From a virus (lineage: Duplodnaviria > Heunggongvirae > Uroviricota > Caudoviricetes), in IMG/VR virus record IMGVR_UViG_3300044929_000080: a DNA stretch of 64,000 nucleotides; one strand, 5' to 3'. The position numbers were made by a program, and so were the translations under genes. Below are positions 26,885 through 37,700 of this stretch, piece after piece. The notes below the pieces were generated by a model. That model saw only the letters and a program-made list of their open reading frames with translations, did not search any database and had not been told where the DNA came from. Positions within the stretch are counted from its first letter, which is position 1. Every line of letters starts with the position of its first letter.

Positions 26885-28003
26885 ATGAATAAGCCGAGCG
26901 AGAAAAAGCCGATTATTCCGGAAATAAATATTCCGGATGCCGCTGACTATCAGCCATCGAGTTCAGCTTTCATCAAATTCGCAGCGAGAGCCTATGTCTT
27001 GATTAGAACCAAGCCTCGGATTATGGCTGGGTCTTTAGCTGTCCTTGGTTTAACCGTTGCAGGCGTTGCAATTTCGAATAATGGAAAAGTGACGACACTT
27101 CCGCCGATTGAAGCAAATACGATTGATGTTACTGATAATATTGCACCTCAAGTGGCTATGTCTGGTCAACATATTGATAATACTATCGAAAATATCGACA
27201 CTGACGAACTGCGAACGTCCATAAAGCCACTCGATTTACCAGATGAACAAAATTCATTTGCGGACAAAAATCTGCCGATAATTGATGAACAAAATGCATC
27301 AGAATTGAATGATAAAGCTCCTGAAACGAGTAAAAGTCTGGTAAACAAGAACGAGGATACAGAAACTGTTCCTGACACCAGGAATGACGCACCTGACGTT
27401 GCTTTAGATAAAAATGCAGAAAGCAATGAAGTAACCCCGATGGTTTTTTCTGAACGTTTTGGCCAGACAATTTCTCCAATGACGGAAGCCGAAGCACAAC
27501 AGGTCCTGAAGGATGGTTTGTCAAAAATTGGATCTCTTGAACAATCGATAGATAACCTTAAATCGTTCCCGTTCGATCTCGTTGTCAAACCAGAAGCTGT
27601 TGAACCAAAACATGTAGTACTTAAAATTGCTGAAGGCGCTGAAGCAACAAGTGGGTTCTGGCGAGAAATCGAAGACCCTGTTACTGCTGCCGATAAAGGC
27701 AAAAAGAAGCCTGTGAATAAGAGGGAAGAGCATTTCCTTGTTCTAAATGCCGTAGATGAAGAAACAGGTAAGCCTGTAGCTGTGGATGTAAAGGACATGG
27801 ACAGCGGAGAGTCCAAGAAGGAAACTTCGTGGGCGGTCCTTATTCCTGAGAAACAATTCATGGATTTTGCTCAAAACAAGAAAGATGACGGCACTTTTGC
27901 CAAGCCTGTTCTCGGGAAGCTCGATATTGAAACAGGCGAAATTAGTTGGGAAATCGATACTGATGGGCGAGCGCTCATCAACTGGAAGGAATTTGCAGAA
28001 TGA
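26885..28003 (+). CDS. Membrane-anchored protein, DUF6384-like C-terminal domain
   Basis: One TM segment near the N-terminus, acidic linker, 'SGFWR...FLVLNAVD...SWAVLIPE...KKDDG'. Confidence 0.6.
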   Translation: MNKPSEKKPIIPEINIPDAADYQPSSSAFIKFAARAYVLIRTKPRIMAGSLAVLGLTVAGVAISNNGKVTTLPPIEANTIDVTDNIAPQVAMSGQHIDNTIENIDTDELRTSIKPLDLPDEQNSFADKNLPIIDEQNASELNDKAPETSKSLVNKNEDTETVPDTRNDAPDVALDKNAESNEVTPMVFSERFGQTISPMTEAEAQQVLKDGLSKIGSLEQSIDNLKSFPFDLVVKPEAVEPKHVVLKIAEGAEATSGFWREIEDPVTAADKGKKKPVNKREEHFLVLNAVDEETGKPVAVDVKDMDSGESKKETSWAVLIPEKQFMDFAQNKKDDGTFAKPVLGKLDIETGEISWEIDTDGRALINWKEFAE

Positions 28004-29286
28004 TCAGCGGAACGCGCTTGAAGGAAGCCCTGTCCTTCCAAAAAACACATATTGAAAAGGCTCTTTGGGAAACAGCTTCCAAGATGATCCAGCTTGAGCG
28101 TAATCTGAACGTATTGCGCGTTGATGAAATCATCAGCTGGCATCAGGCACGTGATGGAAAATTGAACGATGCTCGTGGTTCCATTAAGCGTATTGGCGAC
28201 ATGATAGACGACAAGATGGGCCGCGCAAGCGAAGCTATCAGAACCATTAAAGAATGCGAAACAAGCCTGGGTGAATTGCGAAATCGACGTAAAACCATCG
28301 AAACACGGGCTAACGAGTTGAAGGTTGATTTACAGTCTAAGACCCGTGCGAATATGGAACGATCAAAAAACTCTCCGGAAATCGTCGGGTTGAAAAAAAT
28401 ATTGAAGGCCCTGGAACAGCAAGTTCAGGAAACGAGTGCTGATTATGCGAAAGCAAAAACTGAGCATCCAACTTTGATGAGCAAGTTTGATGCAGATAGA
28501 ACATTCCAGTATCTGTTTCGTCGTAGTTTCGGCACTTCTGAATATAAGGGTAATCCGGTAACTGCCAAAATCGATGCATGGCTCGCGGAAAAAATCGACT
28601 TCCTGAACGCGGCCAACATCTATCAGTCGGCGGTAACGCTGGATAAAAAAATGGCCGATTTTCTGACTGCTTACGACGCCAAACGTACGAGCCTTCACAA
28701 TCAGCTAGCCGAAGCCGAACAAAAGGTTCAGCACGAACTCGACGACGACAGGCTTGAATTTTCTAATGTCGTCAATACGTTGCAAGAGATCGATAAGAGC
28801 CTGAAAGCAACATACCAGACAATGGATGCATCAAAGGATTTATTGAAGGCAATCATCAGCGCCGAAGACACTGATTTTCGTTCGATGAATGAGCAACTGA
28901 TCAAAATGCTGGCCAGAGAGAAAGCAGCCGCTGCCGTTCGCCTCTCGAAACAAAATTCTCCGGTTGTGATCATCGAACGGAACAAGGCCTTAGCCCTTGG
29001 TCAGGATAGACTGACGGTCTCGATTGAGGCTGATGGAATGCGCCGACTTGCAAAAGCACAGGTCAATCGGCTCGTCGTCATTGATGAACTATTGCGCAGA
29101 CTAACTGCACGCCAATGGTTATCGAATGACTCCTATTTCGACCTCGATGAACGGAGCAATTTTTTTATCGATATTTCATTCAGAGAAGCCAGTGTCGAGA
29201 ATGCGTGGCCGCTTCTTCAACAGGCTTATCTTCCAGCTGACGCTGTTTTGGCCATGGAAGGCCAACCTGCCGCGTTCAACGCGTAA
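28000..29286 (+). CDS. Coiled-coil protein, recalled as the partner of DUF6384-like genes
   Basis: 4-nt overlap with upstream gene; heptad-rich; 'FQYLFRRSFGTSEY...IDAWLA' motif. Confidence 0.65.
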   Translation: MISGTRLKEALSFQKTHIEKALWETASKMIQLERNLNVLRVDEIISWHQARDGKLNDARGSIKRIGDMIDDKMGRASEAIRTIKECETSLGELRNRRKTIETRANELKVDLQSKTRANMERSKNSPEIVGLKKILKALEQQVQETSADYAKAKTEHPTLMSKFDADRTFQYLFRRSFGTSEYKGNPVTAKIDAWLAEKIDFLNAANIYQSAVTLDKKMADFLTAYDAKRTSLHNQLAEAEQKVQHELDDDRLEFSNVVNTLQEIDKSLKATYQTMDASKDLLKAIISAEDTDFRSMNEQLIKMLAREKAAAAVRLSKQNSPVVIIERNKALALGQDRLTVSIEADGMRRLAKAQVNRLVVIDELLRRLTARQWLSNDSYFDLDERSNFFIDISFREASVENAWPLLQQAYLPADAVLAMEGQPAAFNA

Positions 29287-30325
29287 GCACATAAGTCTTT
29301 GGAGAGGTTGCATCAGATGCACTGCCTCTCCAATGCGGTGACCACCAGAAAATACCGCTTTTGCGAACTTTGAAGTGCCCCATAACAAGACCTCCCCGCA
29401 CATTACGATTAACACCACCGTGACTTTCATAAACCTTCTTACGGGTTGCAGACAGATGCACCTTTACGATGTTGTATTCAGAAATTGGTTCCCGCCCCTT
29501 TTTAAGCCGCTGTTTGTTGAGCTTTTCGGGAGCTGCTACTCTTTCCACGTCCACGGCATTTCGACAGTTTAAAAGGATCATTGCAGGCAAAATTTGCATA
29601 AGAAACATGCGCCGCATCTCCTCTGCCTGTAGTTCCTCGACCTGAAGCACTTTCTCTTCACCAAGCATTGGCAAGAGCGTTGATCTAAGCTTGGCCGCAT
29701 CAGGATGTGGCCTCCATCTGAACCGATTCTTCAAATCGAATTCAGCCATGAATTCGGCTTCATCGTTCGAAATCAACTTACTAAGTTCCCGTATCCGACC
29801 TGATCCAACGATATCTTGAGAATATCGCATTCGCCAATAAGCAATGAGCCGAACAATCGACATGTTTTTGATTTCTTCGAGGTTCTCTAAAGAATAATAC
29901 CCACGAACTGGAGCCATGTCCGTCAACGCCACATTATCCGGAGTTTTAGAAGTATGCACATAATCCAGCAGTAACGTGTCGCCTTCGCGCTGTATCATGA
30001 ACCCGGAACGCTCGATGGCAACTACGGAATGTTCAGGTTTAATATTGGGACTTCCAAGATTGGCAAGAGCCGCGCGCAAATCAAGGTTCTGGAATTCAAT
30101 CCACATGGGACTGGAAGCAAGATTGAGAAAACCAAGAGCTGCCATAATAGACGACGGTTTGGATAGTGCCACACTTGCGGCCATTGCGGTGGCATGCACA
30201 TCCAAAACAAACTTAGGAGCAATGGACAGGTTCTTTTTAACACCATCAAGCCATTGGCTATGACGATAACCGTTTGGATAAACAATACCAGATTCGCATT
30301 CAGCAAGAACCGTAGCCAACATCAA
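29276..30325 (-). CDS. Hypothetical protein with C-terminal 'GHF+.R..G.FWWSPHWRG' motif
   Basis: 349 aa; basic/aromatic C-terminal motif of a type seen in mobile-element proteins. Confidence 0.65.
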   Translation of the reverse strand: MMLATVLAECESGIVYPNGYRHSQWLDGVKKNLSIAPKFVLDVHATAMAASVALSKPSSIMAALGFLNLASSPMWIEFQNLDLRAALANLGSPNIKPEHSVVAIERSGFMIQREGDTLLLDYVHTSKTPDNVALTDMAPVRGYYSLENLEEIKNMSIVRLIAYWRMRYSQDIVGSGRIRELSKLISNDEAEFMAEFDLKNRFRWRPHPDAAKLRSTLLPMLGEEKVLQVEELQAEEMRRMFLMQILPAMILLNCRNAVDVERVAAPEKLNKQRLKKGREPISEYNIVKVHLSATRKKVYESHGGVNRNVRGGLVMGHFKVRKSGIFWWSPHWRGSASDATSPKTYVLTR

Positions 30326-30509
30326 ACATAATCCTTCAGCACCTGGGACTAACTAATACCATTCCTTCGCAACGTCAATTTCAAACATCTGGATAGCGGT
30401 TTAAAATAGCAAAAAAATCAGAAGAAAAAACGTCCGAATGAAAGAATCTTTATTGTGCAGATCGTTTATTTAGATCACCATTGTCAACAAGATATAGTGG
30501 AGTTTATTT

Positions 30510-31121
30510 ATGACATCGATTAATCGAATAATTATGGTGGGATGTATTACATCCAAGCCTGAAGCCCTGGAAACGTCAGGTAAGAAGAAATATTTCAAGT
30601 TCAAATTTGAAACCTGGAATTTTCGCCGGATCAATGGAGAAGTAAAGAAGCTTACGGCTGAACACACCGTTTTGTGCTTCAATCAGCTCGCGCAGTCTTT
30701 CCTTGAAACGGTCGCAATAGGCACGCGCATCCATCTAACGGGAGAACTCGACTACGACCGTCAGGGAAACGCTCAAGTCGTCGTTCCTCAGTATGTTGGG
30801 GATATCGGTGCAATGGACGCTGCTAGCGAAGAAAAAACAACTTCTGAACCAGTCGCGGCTGCAAAGGCAACCAGTCGTCCAGTAACATCAGCTGGCTTAT
30901 CATCCCCAATGTCGCGGCCAGCAACGCCTGCTTCGACACCGCTTGCTGCTAAAGCTGGCGGAGGGCTTGGAAGATTGCCACTTCGAAAAGGAAACCAGAC
31001 CTCGAATGAGGGTGTCGATAGCAACGCTGGAAATTATAGAGAGACAGAAAATTCTATAAAAAGCACTTCTAAGAATATTTTTCTAGACTCTGACGGTTTT
31101 GATGACGCAATTCCCTATTAA
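30510..31121 (+). CDS. ssb: Single-stranded DNA-binding protein (divergent)
   Basis: 'INRIIMVG', 'EHTVLCF', 'IHLTGEL', low-complexity linker, C-terminal 'DDAIPY' (DDxIPF-like tip). Confidence 0.85.
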   Translation: MTSINRIIMVGCITSKPEALETSGKKKYFKFKFETWNFRRINGEVKKLTAEHTVLCFNQLAQSFLETVAIGTRIHLTGELDYDRQGNAQVVVPQYVGDIGAMDAASEEKTTSEPVAAAKATSRPVTSAGLSSPMSRPATPASTPLAAKAGGGLGRLPLRKGNQTSNEGVDSNAGNYRETENSIKSTSKNIFLDSDGFDDAIPY

Positions 31122-31135
31122 AGAGGGTGTTTACT

Positions 31136-31459
31136 ATGACATGCAATAATATTATTCCATCTTTATTCAATAATGATGAATTTGATCATGAAATGATTGC
31201 TGCGTTTGTTTCAATAGCAGCAATCAAAGCTAGTGTTTACGGAAATAAAACTCCAAACCATGAGGAATTACTCGATTTTATAAATGGAGAGATTATTAAG
31301 TGTTTAAGAGGTTTCGATCCTGAAGACCAAGAGACCAAAGAGGCGCTTGCCGCTGGCGTACCAGAAGAAAACCTCACAGGCCTCGCTAACGCGGAACGTG
31401 AGCGTCTAATTAAACAGGCGGAATGGATCGCATTCGGACTAAAACAACTGAAGGGATAA
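31136..31459 (+). CDS. Hypothetical protein
   Basis: 107 aa after RBS agaggg. Confidence 0.55.
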   Translation: MTCNNIIPSLFNNDEFDHEMIAAFVSIAAIKASVYGNKTPNHEELLDFINGEIIKCLRGFDPEDQETKEALAAGVPEENLTGLANAERERLIKQAEWIAFGLKQLKG

Positions 31460-31464
31460 TTGTT

Positions 31465-32172
31465 TTGTTGAAATATTGTACGCTTACAGGTGTCGACGAA
31501 AAGACCAGCTTCGATTGGATAGAGGAAATTTCTGAACGCTATCCGTTTGTCGAATGGGGCGTGCTTTTTTCACTTACAGCTGAAGATAAAGATGAACGTT
31601 ATGGTTCGATGTCGTTTATCGAACGCTTTGCTCAGAATAATTGGAAAAAACCAATTAATTCAGCTCTTCATGTTTGCGGTAAAGCCGTAAATCACTTTGT
31701 GACTGGTACAAATGATGTACGCGAAATTGCCTCCTTTTTTGGTCGCGTTCAACTAAACTTCAATTTAGCTCGCGCACCATTCAATATTGAGCAACTCGAC
31801 AAGGCAATCGTATCATTCCATGGATCTGTTATCACGCAGCATAACGAAGACAATGTCGACGTCACTCGTCTTGTTTGTGCAAAAAATCATCAAGTTCTGT
31901 TTGACGCTTCAGGAGGTCGTGGCATCCGGAATACAGTTTGGCCAGAGCGCATGAATGAAAAGATATATGGATACGCTGGAGGATTCGGACCGGAAACCGT
32001 CAGCGAAGACATGGATGGAGCGCATATGGCCGCCAATAGCGAACCATATTGGATCGATATGGAAACCAAACTGCGCCATCTCGGATACCTGTCAGAAGAG
32101 AAGTGTGAACTGGTACTGAACTCTGTATCGTCCAAGCTCGAACACCTCTATCCGGCTCAATACCACTCTTAG
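31465..32172 (+). CDS. TrpF-like TIM-barrel protein
   Basis: 'TLTGVD', 'VQLNF', 'LFDASGGRG', 'GYAGGFGP', 'WIDMET'; TTG start after gaaggg. Confidence 0.65.
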   Translation: MLKYCTLTGVDEKTSFDWIEEISERYPFVEWGVLFSLTAEDKDERYGSMSFIERFAQNNWKKPINSALHVCGKAVNHFVTGTNDVREIASFFGRVQLNFNLARAPFNIEQLDKAIVSFHGSVITQHNEDNVDVTRLVCAKNHQVLFDASGGRGIRNTVWPERMNEKIYGYAGGFGPETVSEDMDGAHMAANSEPYWIDMETKLRHLGYLSEEKCELVLNSVSSKLEHLYPAQYHS

Positions 32173-32185
32173 TCGAGATCGCCAT

Positions 32186-32890
32186 ATGACACTCTCCATG
32201 GACAAAGCTTTGATATACGCATATTCAACAATCGCTTTGTTAGTCTGCGCTTTGGCAGGATACCTTGGACCGATTTTTACCGAACAAGGCATCCCGCTTT
32301 ACGATTTTGCTGCAATAGAAATGGCTAAACGGCCGTGGAGAAACCTTGATTACAATTGGCTTACATCGCTGACCATTTTCACAGTGATCTTGGGTACTAT
32401 TTCGACCCTGTATTTTGGAATGATCCTTCGCCCCATCAGACATATCGCTTTTTGCGTCAGCGTCATAATAATTGCCTCCTTTGTGTTCCACCTTTCATCA
32501 AAAATAAATTCAAGTTGGGCAGTAACATTCTGTATATTTATGGCGGTCCCAAATGCATTATTGGCGCTCGCAACTCTTCTTTTAGGGCATAATAAAATTG
32601 TTCCATTGAGCTTTGTGCTGACAACAGTCGGATGCATTTTCCTTACGATAGTTACATATTTCTATTATTTTGATTCAATTTTAATTACGGCCCTACTTGG
32701 TCTGAATTCCATTATAATGCCGGCAATTTCTGTGGTTTATTCACGGGTCATCGAAGAAAATGATGGAAGTTATCCTGAAATCACATCTTTGCTTATCGTG
32801 GTTTGTACGTTATTGACTCCACTCGCTCTAATACTGTTGCCACTTTATGCTATAGATAGGGAAAAATTCAGAGAATACTACAACGATTGA
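32186..32890 (+). CDS. Multi-pass membrane protein
   Basis: About 7 hydrophobic segments in 234 aa. Confidence 0.7.
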   Translation: MTLSMDKALIYAYSTIALLVCALAGYLGPIFTEQGIPLYDFAAIEMAKRPWRNLDYNWLTSLTIFTVILGTISTLYFGMILRPIRHIAFCVSVIIIASFVFHLSSKINSSWAVTFCIFMAVPNALLALATLLLGHNKIVPLSFVLTTVGCIFLTIVTYFYYFDSILITALLGLNSIIMPAISVVYSRVIEENDGSYPEITSLLIVVCTLLTPLALILLPLYAIDREKFREYYND

Positions 32891-32930
32891 AATTTCTGTC
32901 ACACAGGATTAATCTTTAAAGAATAAGGTT

Positions 32931-33503
32931 CTATGGATTAAAAAGTGAGCCTTTCGACAAGCTGTGTCGCGCTCTGAAGCTTTCTTCCATGCCATAAGGT
33001 ATAGCTCTAAGTGGGTCATTTATCACGATTTGACCCCCTCTCCTCATTATATTGCCGTCTCTGAGGTCAATTTTGTGAAATAGTTGCTGTGAAAATTTGC
33101 GAAAATCTGGCAGTCTTTGATCAAGATTTTCCCAAGAATCTTCATCATGGGTTATCATGGCCTTGTTAATCAACTCCACGATTTCTGCAAGATCACTATC
33201 GTTTTCTATTTCCTCCAGACGTTCAGAGACACCAATAAGCTCGCGCTCCTTGTTTATAATCTCATAAACAACGGGATAAAACGCAGAATAGCTTCCAGCA
33301 TCATCGCCAAAAGCCTCCATCGCCTGTTCAGCGTATAGGAACCAACCATCAGGATAATCAGAAATCCTGATAACTTTGGCATCATCATCTGGATGCTTAA
33401 AAACATGAGCAGTATCACCTGCGCCCAGGAATTCGAGATTTTCCAAAGCCCATTCCAGAGAAGACTCAGCTTCAAGGATTTCTTCTGGTATATTTTGGCT
33501 CAT
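32931..33503 (-). CDS. Protein kinase-like protein resembling the T7 gp0.7 kinase domain
   Basis: 'LGAGDTAHVFKHP...KVIRI', catalytic 'DLRDGNIM', 'INDPL'. Confidence 0.7.
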   Translation of the reverse strand: MSQNIPEEILEAESSLEWALENLEFLGAGDTAHVFKHPDDDAKVIRISDYPDGWFLYAEQAMEAFGDDAGSYSAFYPVVYEIINKERELIGVSERLEEIENDSDLAEIVELINKAMITHDEDSWENLDQRLPDFRKFSQQLFHKIDLRDGNIMRRGGQIVINDPLRAIPYGMEESFRARHSLSKGSLFNP

Positions 33504-33679
33504 AATTTGCCCCATGTTTCGGGACAATATCACAACAAACGTCGCAAATGGCAAATATTGGTGCCATAACCATTCTATTAATTTTTTGTCATTTCAACAC
33601 AATCAGTAGCCTCATTGTTTACATGTCAATCCTTTTGAAGCTATTTTAAAAACATTCATTAATAAATTCAGAGACAATC

Positions 33680-34792
33680 ATGCTTAAAAAATTAGGCTTA
33701 GCCATACTCGGATTAAGCATCATATCATACTCCGTTTATTCGTTCGCCTTCTCAAAGGGCACCGAAACATCCATTGGGCAAATAACAACTGAAGATAGAA
33801 TATTTGAGCTAAATGAAGCTGAAATTAATATTATCTCACCTCAGAACCTTTCGGAAACGATAAAAATAAGTGGAACCTTAAAGGCTGTAAACTCCACAAT
33901 CATAAGGGCCAAAACAGCCGGAACCATCGAGAATGTATTTTTTAAGATTGGCGACAAGGTAAAGAAAGGTGATGTCCTCGTTACGCTTGAAAATGACGAT
34001 CAGATTATCGCCCTTGCCGAGAGTTCCAGCAACGTAAAATCTGCAATTGAAAACCTGAATACTGCAAAGGAAACGCTCGCTCGAACCGAAATTTTGAATG
34101 CAAAAGGATATAGTTCAACTGCAGCTCTGGACAAGGCTCGTTCCGACAAGGTCTCAACTGAAACCAGTCTTGAAATCAGCAAAGCTCAGTTTGAAACCGC
34201 AAAGAAAGCTACAATAGACACCGTTCTGGACGCTCCGCATGATGGCGTGGTCAGTGCAAGAAGGGTTGAACCTGCAGAAACTGTAGCTGCGAATACTGAT
34301 CTACTAGCTATCGTTGACATCACAGAATTGGAAATTGTGGTCAATATACCCACCCGCAGCATTGCTCATGTTTCTATTGGTGACGAGGTCAACCTCGGAA
34401 CTGACGTATCCAACGTCACCCTCGCTGGTGAAGTTGTCAGAATTGCTCCGGTTGCAAACGAGGAGACACGATCAGTATCAGTATTCTTAAAAGTGATGAA
34501 TCCAAATCTTGACGCATGGCCTGGAACATTCGCAACAGGCGAGATAACGACGAGATCAGCTGATAATGTGATCGCAATCCCAATAGAATCCGTCTTAAAA
34601 GAAGACGCCAAAACTTATGTTTTAAAGGTTCACGATTCCAAAATTGTGAAAGTGGAAGTCCACACCGAGAGTGTTTGGGAAAATGGCAAAACGATTGTGA
34701 TCTCAGATGGGATTTCAAAAGGCGACACCATTCTTTCCAGGCCACTTCGCGGATTAGCCGTTGGTGATAACGTCAAGATCGTGAAGGTATAA
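33680..34792 (+). CDS. RND efflux periplasmic adaptor (MFP)
   Basis: Lipoyl-like 'AKTAGTI....KIGDKVKKGDVL', 'APHDGVV', beta-barrel 'RIAP'. Confidence 0.92.
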   Translation: MLKKLGLAILGLSIISYSVYSFAFSKGTETSIGQITTEDRIFELNEAEINIISPQNLSETIKISGTLKAVNSTIIRAKTAGTIENVFFKIGDKVKKGDVLVTLENDDQIIALAESSSNVKSAIENLNTAKETLARTEILNAKGYSSTAALDKARSDKVSTETSLEISKAQFETAKKATIDTVLDAPHDGVVSARRVEPAETVAANTDLLAIVDITELEIVVNIPTRSIAHVSIGDEVNLGTDVSNVTLAGEVVRIAPVANEETRSVSVFLKVMNPNLDAWPGTFATGEITTRSADNVIAIPIESVLKEDAKTYVLKVHDSKIVKVEVHTESVWENGKTIVISDGISKGDTILSRPLRGLAVGDNVKIVKV

Positions 34793-34795
34793 AAT

Positions 34796-37700
34796 ATGTT
34801 TTTAACGAAAATCAGCGTTAAACAACCCGTTTTCGCCACCATGATGATGCTGTTTATCGTCATAATCGGCCTGTTTTCTTATTTGAAGCTCGGGGTTGAC
34901 CAATACCCTAAAATTGATGTCCCAGTCGTCGTTGTCATCACGACGTATCCTGGAGCTTCTCCTGGCACTGTTGAAACTGATGTCTCAAGACGCGTGGAAG
35001 AGGCATTAAACAGCATCAGTGGCATGGATGAATTGACATCGACCTCTTACGAAGGAAGGTCGGTTGTTGTCGCTCAGTTCAAGCTTGAAGTCGACGGAAT
35101 GATCGCGGCACAGGATGTTCGTGATAAGGTTTCATCCATCGAGCAATTGCTTCCAGATGGCGTCGATAAGCCAAGAGTTGTCCGGTACAACCCAACAGAC
35201 CGACCAATCATCTCTGTCGCTTTAAGCTCAAATGATATTTCACTACCTGAATTAACTGAAATTGCTGACCAGAAAATTGTTAAACGCCTGAACATCATAT
35301 CTGGTGTTGGACAGTCAACGGTTGTCGGAGGACAAAGCCGTCAGTATCAACTTCTCTTAAACAAGAATGACATTGAAGCTAACGGACTAAGCATTGAACA
35401 GGTCATCTCGTCACTAAAGCAGCAAAATCAAAATTTCCCGTCAGGTTCCATCAAGACCCAGCTCACAGAAACAACTCTTCAACTAGACGGCCGAATTGAT
35501 GATCCAAAAGATTTTATGAACCTGGTCGTCGCTAAAAATGGCGATCTACCGATTTATGTTCGTGACATCGCTACATTTAATGATGGCTCTGCAGACGCTG
35601 AAAGTCGCGCACTCCTAAACGGACTGAATGCTATCTCCATTGATATTGTTAAAAGTCAGGAAGCCAATACCGTCGATGTCGCTAAAGACGTCAAAGATGT
35701 TGTGAAAACACTTAATCAGGAATATGCCAATAGCGGTCTTACACTGCGTGTCATTGCCGACAACTCATTATCCATTGAGGAATCCGTAGAACAAGTTCAA
35801 TCAACACTCATTGAAGGCGCACTACTCGCAGTCGCGATTGTTTTCATATTCCTTGGATCATGGCGCAGCACGGTAATTACAGGTCTGACATTACCGATTT
35901 CCATCATTGGAACTTTTGCCGTCATTCAGATGCTCGGCTTCACGCTTAACACGATGTCCCTGCTCGCCTTGACACTGTCGATTGGAATTCTCGTCGATGA
36001 TGCCATCGTTGTTCGCGAAAACATTACCCGCCATCTCCATATGGGCAAAAATCACTTTCAGGCAGCGATTGACGGAACAAATGAAATAGGCATCGCTGTG
36101 TTAGCAACAACAGCCACGATAATCGCCGTTTTCCTACCTGTCGCTTTTATGGATGGCATTATAGGCCGTTTTTTCTTCCAATTCGGTGTAACCGTTTCGG
36201 TCGCCGTTCTGATATCTTTATTTGTGAGTTTCACTCTCGATCCAATGCTGTCATCTGTCTGGTATGATCCTGACTCGCAACCAAACGCAAAGCGCGGGCC
36301 TATAGGACGAATTTTTGCCAAGTTTGAACATGCATTTGATCGCCTGACGATCCAATATGTAGGCTTTATTAAATGGACGCTGGTCAATCGGAAAAAGACA
36401 CTTTCTGGCACTCTCCTTATATTCCTTGTCAGTCTTTACATGGTAAAAATGGTTGGCGTAGAATTTGCTCCAAAAGCAGACCAGGGTCGTTTTGAAGTTG
36501 AAATTACAGGACCAACAGGCTCCTCTCTTGATTATACGACCTTGAAAATTAGACAGGTAGAGAAGGCCCTTAAGGAGATTCCTGAAGTCGCTTCAACCTA
36601 CTCAACGATCAACACAGGCGGTTCATCAGGCAAACACAAAGGAAAGGTTCAAGTCGAACTTTTACCGTTTAATGAAAGAACCAGATCAACTTTTGATATT
36701 GAAGGACCGCTTCGCCAGCGACTTGCACTGATACCAGGAATTGAAAGTTCTGTAACGCAAGAAGGCGTAGGGGGACGCGGTAAATCGCTTCAAATCAGTT
36801 TCCTTGGTGATGATGACACCATTTTGGAAAAGATTGCTTCCGGCATGATGGCAAAGATGGCCAAAATTGATGGCATTATTGAAATTGAATCATCCGCCGA
36901 AATGACATCAGATGCTCTTTCAATTCGTTTACGCCATGACAAAGCCGCAGATTTAGGTGTGAATCTGTCGAAAGTAGCCGGAACAATTCCTCCCTTGATC
37001 AAAGGTGAAGATGTAACAACATGGACTGCTAGTGACGGTGTTTCTTATGACATCGTCGTACGGCTGCCAGAAGAACAGCGTTCAAGCATTGAAGATGTCG
37101 AAAACTTGCTTGTCTCCACAGATCGAAAAAACGATGACGGAACAACGCAGATGGTTAGGCTCAATCAGTTCGCTGACATCGTTTTAAGTAAAAATCCGCT
37201 AGAGATACGGCGATCAGACATGGCGCGTGAAGTGAAAATTTCTGCTAACGTCTCAGGCCGACCTCTGGGTGAAGTGACCGCCGATATAGATAAAATGTTG
37301 AATGCTGAAAAACTGCCATCCGGATATCGTCATTCATTTGGTGGTGAAGCAAAAAACATGGCCGAAACAATCGGACCAATGGTCATGGCTCTCAGCATGG
37401 CAGTGATTTTTATCTATATCGTTCTCGCATCACAATTCGGCAGCTTCGTCCAACCTCTGGCAATCATGGCAGCACTGCCACTGTCATTGATTGGTGTAAT
37501 CCTGGGACTTCTTGCTTCTGGAAGCACGTTCAATCTATTTTCCCTCATCGGTTTCATCATGTTGATGGGACTTGTCACCAAAAACGGCATCCTTTTGATT
37601 GATTTTGCCAACCAGGAAAGCCGCAGGGGAACCGAATTTGTCGATGCTTTGGTAAAAGCAGGATCAGTCCGTTTCCGACCTATCATCATGACGACACTAG

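Noticed and set aside
32186-32890. Bax-inhibitor-1/YccA assignment
   Set aside because: Topology is similar but the diagnostic C-terminal motif is not recognisable.
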